DNA from: Chrysomallon squamiferum
Taxonomy: Eukaryota; Animalia; Mollusca
Reading direction: 5' to 3'
Assembly (NCBI GenBank): GCA_012295275.1
Contig: CM022677.1
Coordinates: 1,364,001-1,428,000, forward strand
Length of the DNA stretch: 64,000 bases
Each line of letters opens with the position of its first letter. Positions within the stretch are counted from its first letter, which is position 1. The translations under genes were made by a program, and so were the position numbers. The notes beneath the pieces were generated by a model. It searched no databases. It saw only the letters and a program-made list of their open reading frames with translations, and was not told the DNA's origin. Positions 54,392 through 64,000 of the stretch are shown here, one piece after another.

Positions 54392-55170
54392 TAATAATAA
54401 TAGAATTAAATAAATTAGAATAAAATTAAAAACAATATACACTACTTTACAGGTTCAAAATAGTTACCTACCTGAAAAACTTCCTGATCGATAGTTTCTT
54501 AGAAATGAGTTATTTCTGTTTAACGACTCTACTATTGATCACATAGATCAGGGATCTATAAATAAATAAATAAAATGAAATAAAGTAAAAGATTGATGAA
54601 TATATAGCATAAGCTGTCAACGATATATTGAACTATATTTAGGTGCTATCATTACAATTACTACTGCTGCTACTACTAGGACCAGTACTACTACTACTGC
54701 TACTAGTACCTCCACTACTACTACTAATAGAATAATAATTATTATTATAAGGACGATATTATTATTATTATTATTATTATTATTAAAGAGGTTTATCGAT
54801 GTTTCTCATAAACCAGTGTGCAAGGTATATATATAATAATAATAATAATAATAAAAAAATAATAACGCCTTTATCAAAATTCATACACAAATTTATAATC
54901 CTGACAAAATAGATTACAAGTTGAATATGTCTGATTTGTTTTAAGCAAAGCAATAATATGACATATATTAAATCAAAATAAAATACAAAATACCTTTAAA
55001 TTTCAAAATGGCTGACAGCTTCTGAATAATGCGTCTTGTTTGTAAGTGGTTTTCCTGGAACTGACGCCTTTCTGCTTGACAAGGTCACTGAAATATTTTC
55101 TGTGTGTCGCTGTTTACTAAGTCGTCTGCTGATAAGCACGTGACTGAAATCAGATATAGCACAAGTCACA
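51930..55170 (-). repeat. Upstream region of the BTB gene, paralogous to 13050-15600
   Basis: Shared blocks: gggaca..tttcaaattgcaatgtac, cactgataaacac, catcaagtgttac, agtggttttcctggaactga, tgactgaaatca.atat...acaagtcac. Confidence 0.8.
55052..55060. promoter_or_regulatory. Candidate STAT GAS site TTCCTGGAA upstream of the intact BTB gene
   Basis: Matches TTCNNNGAA; conserved with 15516-15524 amid diverged flanks. Confidence 0.3.
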
Positions 55171-55724
55171 TCACGTATAGCAGTAGATATATAGTTATTT
55201 TGTCTGTAAAATATTAATATTTATTTCTCAGTCAATATATTGATGAAAAGGTTGTGTTAACAAGTGTCTATAAAGTAGGTCAGATAAAAACAGCGTGTCA
55301 GTTGTGTTGGCGACAAGAAACGTTATACTACGATCGTGAAATATGCAATGTAATGGTGAATCAGAGTACACGGGACACTCATTTATTTGTAAGTGTTATG
55401 AGTCAGAGCGATCTAAACACAGGTGTGACAAATATCACCTTTATTATGTTTAGTGTGAAAAAATAGCATTGTTCAAACAGTAACAGTTGTACTGATTATT
55501 GGTGTGATATATTTATTTATTTATTTATTTATTTATTTATATCACTTTTTCCTTTTTTATTTATCTGTTGGTATTTTTCTTTACAAATGATACAGTATAA
55601 TATATGATACAACTAATATACGCTAAAAAAAAAAGTAAATAAATGTGTTAAAATACAGAAGACTCCATAAATCTGTAAAAACAACAACAAACAACAACAA
55701 CAACAACAACAACAATAATAATAA

Positions 55725-55755
<31 letters not shown>

Positions 55756-56148
55756 AAGAAGACGACGACGAAGAATTAACATGTTTTAGAGATATAAATA
55801 TTTCTTCATATAAATAAAAGTACACGTTATTGTAAGAAACATACAAAATGGCATAACAGAAAAATAAATTAAAACTGTATATTTTTGCATATTCTATCCT
55901 TGAATATTTATGACATATTTACAGAATATCTGAACTTACTTACATAATGCGCATTAAATCTTCACAATATTTTAGGTGATATTTAAATAGTAATTTGTTT
56001 TTGTTTCCACAGATTACCAATGATAAATTATATTCATTTTTTAATTTTTATTAGAGTTACCAATAATAAATGTTATTATTTTTTTTTTTAGTTAACTCAC
56101 TTTTTAGTTAAGGTTTATCAATGACAAATGTAATTTATCGCTTTACAG

Positions 56149-56347
56149 GATAAACAAGCTCATGTTGTCCAGAAAAAAAGGCCAGGTTCCTTCAGGCCAA
56201 GGATGACCACTTGACCATGTGTGTAGTGCACAGTTCAGTGAAGAACAATCACTTCTCCAGTCCTGACTGTTAAGAGAAACTTGTACAGACTCAGACACTC
56301 AGATGTACTCAACATGTTTGTAAACAGATACTGGGTATAATGGACAG
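56149..56347 (+). pseudogene. DHX8: Decayed DHX8/PRP22 exon
   Basis: tttacag|DKQAHVVQKK/ARFLQAKDDHLTMCVVHSSVKNNHFSSPDC*EKLVQTQTLRCTQHVCKQILGIMDR|gtaatt versus recalled DHX8 [66 protein letters not shown]. Confidence 0.92.
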
Positions 56348-56925
56348 GTAATTCAGTTTACTACCAGATTTTATAAACTTTAAAATAATAAATTACTTAA
56401 TGCCATCTTAGAATGTTTTAATATTAATAATATTATATATATATATATTTTTGTTCATTTGTAAATAATGATATATGTAGATACAAATAGAAATACAGAC
56501 TTTGTCATTGATTTACCAATTGTGATAACAAATCTAAGAGGAAATAGCCAATTGAACATGTATTTTAGAAAGTTTAAATTTAAAAATTAAGAATAAGATA
56601 AAGATTTTAGATTTTATTTGTTATCAATTTAAAAATGTAAAAAAAAAAAATGTATATTTTATTTTTAAAATTATTAGATTCATATTTAAAGGTTCTGACT
56701 TGATTTGTTCAAATTTGTTTTAAACAGGGACATTGCCAGAAAATAAAAAGAACAGGAACAACAAGAAATATTTTAATAAATAGTTTGACTTTATTTCATT
56801 TGAGTTAAATTTTATTTCACTCTACATATATATATTAGTTGAAAACATCACTGCAGATTCAAATGAAGACATAAAATTATAATAGTTGTTCTACAGAAAT
56901 GTACAATGTAATGTTTTATTTTCAG

Positions 56926-57068
56926 AAACAAGCCGGATGTTATATCAGAATCACCACAGAGTACAGAAATCTATTTACAGCAGATTCTTAGAGCAAAGAA
57001 ATCACAGGACAGTTACAGACCATCAGATGTTTTACATATGAGTGCTGTTTTAACAGGCTGAGTGATTG
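56926..57068 (+). pseudogene. DHX8: Decayed DHX8/PRP22 exon (next)
   Basis: ttttcag|(R)NKPDVIS/HRVQKSIYSRFL/AKKSQDSYR/FNRLSDW|gtaagt versus [39 protein letters not shown]...ALFNRQPEW. Splice phases agree with the neighbouring exons. Confidence 0.8.
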
Positions 57069-57155
57069 GTAAGTAAACTGAATGTACATCACATTTGTAA
57101 TACTATTACTGACATTTTTGTTTTAAATGTATGAATGTCATGTCTGAAGTTTTGG

Positions 57156-57210
57156 ACACAAGCTGGTGTTGTACACAGAGCACAGAAATCTATTTACAGC
57201 AGATTCTTCA
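57156..57210 (+). pseudogene. DHX8: Partial tandem duplicate of the preceding DHX8 exon
   Basis: HKL... followed by acagaaatctatttacagcagattctt, identical to about 56963-56989. Confidence 0.65.
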
Positions 57211-57699
57211 CATCATGTTAGTTTAACTGTCTACTTGACTGATAAATAAATGTAAACTTTTCTCTCACAAGTTTTAATAAACTTTTCTCTTGGGCCTTTC
57301 AGTAACTATGAAGTGTGAAAATTAATTTTAAATGGTCTGTTTCAGATGATCGTTATTAATTATTATTTTTGATAATGACAGTGTAAGAGAAAAGCCCTCT
57401 ACCTCTGTTAATTAAGACAGCTGTTTTTATGTTCAGTTTCAAGTGTACATTCTTTAATACATAAGTAGCAGAGTGACAAACTCAAGACACAGCACCAAGT
57501 TCAGTCAAGTCTGTGAAAAAAAAAGACTTTAGTTTTTAAAAATGATTTATTTTAGAAATCCTTGATTACTGCTTTGAAAAAAAGTACACATTTTATATAA
57601 AGGTGTTTGGTCCAGGGGAGATAATTTCATTTTTTTCTTTTTGTATTCTTCTTTTTAATTTAATTTTAAACAAAAATCTACTTAATCATAAAAATCCAA

Positions 57700-58265
57700 A
57701 TATAAAATAACAAAGAATATGAAGACTTCTGGTAAAGATTTAGTCAATAAACATATCTTAATAAAACATAAAATGAAAGTAGATAATTTTCTGTGTTTTG
57801 GAAGACAAATCAGAAATTATAAATTTTCTGAATAAATAATTTTAAGATTACGTTATTTATTGAGCTTTTAACTTTTTTGTAAACAAATATCTTTGTTATT
57901 TTTTATTTCATTTTGTATATTTTATTATTATACTTTTGTTGGATAGATCAGAAATCTTGGTATTTTTATATTTTTCAGCACTCTTGGCTCTCATCTGAAA
58001 AACCGTATGAAACATTTTAAAACATTTTTAATTTAAAACTTCAAAAATATGTAACATGATGCTTTTCTAAATTTTATGTAAGGAATTTTATGAGAGTTTT
58101 CTAAAATTAAGTTTTTTTATATGAAAAAGTAGTTTTGATATTAACTTGTTTTCTTGTTGAAATAAATATTTCAAATTATTTTGTATTCTATTTTTAATTT
58201 AATATTTTTAGCTAGCATTATCAAACATCCTAAGGTGAGGAATATTTTTATTTACATAGTTTTGG
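57700..58265 (+). repeat. Diverged segment X copy
   Basis: aagaatatgaaga...taataaaacataaa and gtgaggaatatttt.tttacatagtttt shared with 2613-3060. Confidence 0.65.
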
Positions 58266-58639
58266 CACATTAACCAAAACTTAATAAACATTGCAAATTC
58301 TTATATATTAGTAGCTGTACAAAATTATTTGAATTTTCTGATTCAGGTTGAGTGCATGAAATGTCCGTAACACAGAAAAAAAAAATCACAGACTAGTTTA
58401 GACTGTTTATTTTAAGAAAAGTAAATAAATTTGATTACATATATTTATTTATTTGTATTTTAAAAATTGAAAACTAAAACAGATTTCACCCATTTTATCT
58501 ACTCAGTAAGAGATTATAAACATTTATTCAGTCTGTCAGGATTTTTTCTTTACACTGTCAAACTAGAAGTGAAAATATCAGCCTAAGAGACACACACTGA
58601 TTTACTGGGTGAACCAAAAAATATTTTCTGAACATTAAC

Positions 58640-61002
58640 ACCTCATATTTCATATGTCACAGTTTGATGTGTAGATTGGGAAAACAATTCCTGACTCCAG
58701 CACTGTGAGAAGACAGCAACTGTTACAGTCTCTGATACTGCATTGTCCCACTCTGCTGTATGAGTCAGGTAAAGGACTAGCTCAGTCCTTCGTATCGTCA
58801 GTGTGGCGAGACATCACTCTCATGAACACTGCCTTCCCAAGTTTCTGTCTCATCTTGTTCTGCTCTTTTCTTCTCTCTGTTTCCTTTCTCTTCTCATCCA
58901 GCTTCAGTTTCAGACGTCACCTGCTCTTCAACTTCCTGGCTGTTGTGTTTGCCACCGTCATGCACTGTCCTCTCAGTCATCTGCCAAGTGCTTTCATTTG
59001 GCAGCATAACAAATGAAGTGTTTAAACAAACATCAGCTTATTTTCACAAGAACACAGACTTCAACAGCACTCTGCCGTTTACATGTTGTTTCTGTCCATG
59101 TAAACCATCACAGAACCATCAACATCGCTATCTTCTGCAACAGGAACAGAGGGTAAGGAAACTTCAACACAAACATCCGGATTAATGTAAAACACTTCAT
59201 AGCCTCTGTTTGCCATCTGACATTGACCTTCACCTACATTATTTTCAGTTATCCGTGGTGTTAGCCGAGTGTCAGACAATGGACTGACACTTACTGGTTC
59301 ATCTAACAGACAACTCTGTGTGGTGTTGAGGTCCAGAGAGGCAGTGGCTTCCACAGTTGTGTCCCCTTGACTTGGAAATCCATCAGCTGTGACATGCGAT
59401 GCATGAGGAAATTTCCTAGACATTGTTGGAGATGATGTCCTGTTTCTTGGAGTTTTGTCTCTTTCCTGTGCTTTTGAATGATTAAATGTTTTATTTTGGC
59501 TGGTTTTAGCATTAAAGCTTCAAGTTTTTCTCCCTGATTGCTCACATTTGACTGTTGAGATTGGTCACCTGGTATAGTAACACTCTACAACTTCATGCTG
59601 TCAGAATTGTTGTAGTTGGACATGGTTGGCTGCAGTGTCTGTTGCATGTCAGGTAAATAGAATTGAGCTCCTCATTGGTGAAACTTTAACACAAGACTGA
59701 GTCGAATCTGATGTTGGACAAGAGTGAAGAACACACTGGTCTGAATCTGACTGGTGAGAGCACGGTCTCGTCTGTGTAAATAAATAAATAAAATACTGAA
59801 TAAAATATTAACTAAATAAACAAACAAATAAAATACTGAATAAAATATTAACTAAACAAACAAATGAATAAAATAGTAAATAAAGTATTAATCATTTTTC
59901 TTTCTTTCTCCCCCTATTCAACTAACAAATGTATTTTTATACTATTATTGTTGTAACTACTACAACAAAAACAACAACTACTACTACTACAACTACTACT
60001 GTTCCTGTTTCTACACCTACTTTTCATTTGACTTTTATAATTTCTCATTTAACTGTCATATACTCAAACTCCCTCTACTACTACTATTTTGCAACAATAA
60101 AGCTACTATTAGTACTGCTACTACTACTACAATTAGTACTATGACTCATGCAGTATTTTTCTGACTGTGAGTCACACAAGATACATTATGAACACAAAGC
60201 ATCATTGGCTAAAATATCACCTATTACTACAAACAAGAATGATTATTATTAAGTATTAATACTGTAACAACTGCACAAAAATGAGTTTACTACTACTACT
60301 GCTGTTACTGTAAGAACAACGACAACCTCTGCAGATGCTTCTGTTCCTGCCAGGCTAGTACAGATTCTTTGATGACATTTCTCTCCTGTGGTGAGCTCAC
60401 AGAATTACCTCTTCTTCTATACTGAGCAGTTTCTGAAAAACAAGTTTTTATTTGTTTACCTTTGTTGATACAAAATATTTCTTTTTCTGACAGATACATA
60501 TATTAATGACTTATGTTTTATCCTGATATATATCTATATATTTTATTAGATTTCTAAATTATAAATATACTAAATTCTTAGAATCATCAAATTATACTGA
60601 AAACTAAGAGATGGCAAAATTAATTTTTGACCTTTCATATAAAAACACAATAAAGTGAACTGCATTCTGGGAGTGGAAAACAAAACAAGAAATGGTTTTC
60701 ATTACTCTTAGTACAAAAATAAACTAAGATAAAATGAAACAATGCAAATGGAAATAAGGAAACATGGAAGTAAACTAAGTTATCCTGCTATTTGTATACC
60801 ACAATTAATTTACTTGTTATTGTAGACTATCCTTGCACTAATCTGTTTTTCTTCTTACTCTGCATTGAGAATATTTTACCAATACCAAAACAGAGAACAA
60901 TGTAAGTAGATTGTTAAACAGAAAAGTTAATGAGTGTGTTTTTTTCATACCAGTTTGTTGAGAAACTTCTCTGTCTGTTCTGCTGTCTGTGTGTGTCCCA
61001 TT
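58640..61002 (-). pseudogene. Unidentified decayed multi-exon gene (large low-complexity exon about 58640-59771; small exons about 60309-60432 and 60951-61002)
   Basis: Coding-like composition, with ORF pieces of 114 and 80 aa interrupted by stops and frameshifts. Minus-strand acceptors at about 59772, 60433 and 61003 and donors at about 60308 and 60950. No domain recognised. Confidence 0.5.
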
Positions 61003-61093
61003 CTGATGTTTAAATAACAACACTTGTTTGTTTGCATATTACAGAAACTATATATTTTTCTTGTTTATTGCCTTTATACCTAACATAATGCAT

Positions 61094-61293
61094 NNNNNNN
61101 NNNNNNNNNNNNNNNNNNNNNNNNNNNNNNNNNNNNNNNNNNNNNNNNNNNNNNNNNNNNNNNNNNNNNNNNNNNNNNNNNNNNNNNNNNNNNNNNNNNN
61201 NNNNNNNNNNNNNNNNNNNNNNNNNNNNNNNNNNNNNNNNNNNNNNNNNNNNNNNNNNNNNNNNNNNNNNNNNNNNNNNNNNNNNNNNNNNNN
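61094..61293. other. Assembly gap (200 N)
   Basis: Run of N. Confidence 0.99.
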
Positions 61294-62307
61294 TAAAGAT
61301 TAAAAGAAAAAACAAAGTATGTTAATAAAACATAAAGTGGAAGATGATATGTTGTCTGTAAGTTATATCATTAAAGAAATTTTCTTAATGAATAATTTAC
61401 AATCACATTAACTATCGAAGTTGTTATTTAATATTTAATTTGTTTGTAGCGGCAAATGTCCAAATTATTATTTTATTTTGTTAATATAATTTTATTAACA
61501 AAACAGAAATTTGTATTTTTGTGTTCTATAGCACTTTTAGCTCTTCGGTGGCTTACAGAAACATTTATTACCGGGTTTTCAAATTTCTATTTTACGATTA
61601 TTGTGTTTTTCTGTGTTTTACGTTTTTAGCTAACATTTTTCATCAGTTTGGAAACAGTTTCCCTAAAGGTGAAGAATATTTTTTTTGCATAGTTTTGAAA
61701 TAAATTATTGTAAAGAGTTATAGATGTTATTGGAATAGTGATACAAATAATAGTTACACCGATAGATAGATGTAAAGTATGTTTAACATTATGACTGGGT
61801 TAATGAAAACAGGTCTTACTTGATTTCATTATTCTATACCTGGTTTTAGCTTATAAAGATCTTTGTTTATGGATTTCCTTGCAAACAAACACATGTATAT
61901 TAATATTAATTTGCTATTTTGAAAACAAATGTAAAATCATTTTGATACTTTATAATATTTAAATAGTTTATTCATCTGTCTATCAGTTTATTTATATCTC
62001 TGTTTGTCTGTCTGTCTGTCTGTCAGGTATTGTTATGTTAAATACTAAGTCACATGTTGTGTCTGTTAAAGTCATGGCTCATAAAACCATAATTCTATGG
62101 TTTATTTATTTATATATGCGTACATTGTTCATCCAAAATCTCTTGTTATTGCGTTGGAAATATTTGAGTTCCTTAGTGCTAGCAACGCGATAACATTCAT
62201 GGGATCGGAACTGTTCAACGAGAACTTGACTGTCTTTAGGATTAAAATAAAAACTTATAAGGAGGCAAATATATAAAGCATAGATATGTGTGTGCGTGTG
62301 TGTGTGC

Positions 62308-62338
<31 letters not shown>

Positions 62339-64000
62339 AGAGTGTCAGAGAGAAAGATAAGACTGAGATTGATTGGTCATAAGCAATGGATATCTAAATA
62401 AAAATATCTACGTAAATAAAAAAACGGCAGAAATCGGAATAATCAGCCTAGTCGTGAAGCCGCTTTGTCTCTCAAAGGCGAGGTGCGAGCAATGTCACCA
62501 AAATTACAAGAAAAGTAAAGAAAACATGTAACTGAGATGACTTACATATATTCCGTTTTCATGGCAACAGTAGTAGACATGTATTTTAGGACTAGTTACA
62601 TATATATTACAATGTAATAATTACAGCTATATTTGTCAGTTTAATTTCTGTTATACATATCTTCATTGGTTTTTTATTTGTCAGTGTTAATACTTTTTTG
62701 TTTTGATCTATTTACAATACCGAAGACAGACATGCCCGTTTTGTCACCCACGGAAAAAATCCATTGTACTTTTTGTTTTCTCTGTTCATATATACTCTCA
62801 AGACTTTTTTCAAATAATGCTAGCGGTTCTTATTTACATCACTAAACGTATTTTGTATCAACAACAACAGCAACAACAACAACAACAACAATAATAATAA
62901 TAATAATAATAATTGTGACGATGAAATTTAATATTTTCTTTTGTTATAACGTTAAACACTGATATCTTCGAAACTCTTTTTAAAAGGTATATTTTTTCTT
63001 CTATATGCAGTCTATAGATAATTTTACCAACGTAATACTCTTTATATAAAATATTTTTTCTTTTTACATTGTATAGTCTCTATATATGAGACAGAAAATA
63101 TAAAGCAAATTTAAATACTAAAACACACACATATACACACACTGGTAATTATAGAGAGTCAATAAACTAGAAATATATATAAAGAAATGAATTTCTCTTT
63201 AACCATCCATAATACTCTTTTTACCTGAAAATACGCGATGACGAATTCTTAAAGTTAGTTTGTAAATTTGAGAATTAAGATATTTAGCTAAAGCGAGTTT
63301 TGTGTAACAAAGTTTTAAAATATGTCAGCCTGGGCTGGCTTCTCTCGCTCTTTTCACTGATGTCTGCGGGAATCTAATATATGACGTCAGCAAGGAAAAC
63401 TCGAGTCTGATGAACAACAAGCGATAAACTGGTTTTTGCACGGCCCAGTGATTCCTTTTGACCAACAGGGAGGTAACTGTAGAGGACCTTTAAACTTTGA
63501 CCTTGCTTTGAAAAATGTGATAAGCGTTTGACAGCGGGATGTAGTAAAATACTGTTCTCACTTTTGCAGTGTAATCTGTGTCACTAACAGCGTATTTATA
63601 TATATATATATATATAAATGAAACATTATTAATTGTGTTTGTGTATATTTACAAAATATGTTTCAAAATTAATAAACTTAAGCTGTTAATTGATTATTTA
63701 TATAGTGGATAAGTGTAGTGTTATACCAATACGATAATTAGTTGAATTTCCTGGTCCCTGTGACAGTGTTTTAAACATAAAATTAATATAAAACAAAACA
63801 CGTGATAGGTATACATTTATTTTTCTTTTATTATCATTTTTTAAATGAGATTTTTAAATTATACTAAATGGAGCGATTGAACCAAGTCCTTCCCCTATAT
63901 GCACTGCACTTTCGATACCCAGCATTTCAGTATTAAATTAAACAAGATTTGTTTCTGAAGACGAAGTATTTTATCTTTCTGAATCACGCGATCAGCTGAC
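61294..64000 (+). repeat. Segment X copy plus start of module M copy E (runs off the window)
   Basis: Collinear with 2613-3490 and about 33030-35490. Confidence 0.9.
63321..63495 (+). promoter_or_regulatory. CRE-pair conserved element, copy 3
   Basis: Near-identical to 34881-35055; first CRE-like site reads TGATGTCT. Confidence 0.4.

Overview
AT-rich, microsatellite-dense, intron-containing animal genomic DNA (gene content suggests a lophotrochozoan, probably a mollusc; this is inference) with two 200-N gaps. Two genes look intact. One is a 2-exon RING + coiled-coil + NHL beta-propeller TRIM-like E3 ligase without B-boxes (+, 9125-11231). The other is a 2-exon BTB-BACK-PHR BTBD1/2/3/6-like Cullin-3 adaptor (-, 50266-51923), which also has a pseudogene (about 11750-13047) and a 3'-end remnant (about 38510-39151). 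The window looks like a roughly 30-kb tandem duplicon built from shared non-coding modules. The most unusual feature is not shown by the ORF track: about 26.7-33.0 kb and 56.1-57.2 kb are same-strand mosaics of decayed exons, with splice sites still visible, from unrelated conserved genes (collagen IV Gly-X-Y and NC1, VPS13D C-terminus, DHX8/PRP22 C-terminus, possibly TRAK/Milton). A MULE transposase remnant lies among them and a Helitron-type 3' terminus lies nearby, which suggests a gene-fragment-capturing element or a mosaic core duplicon. All protein identities come from manual translation and recalled family motifs, not database searches. Repeat boundaries are approximate.
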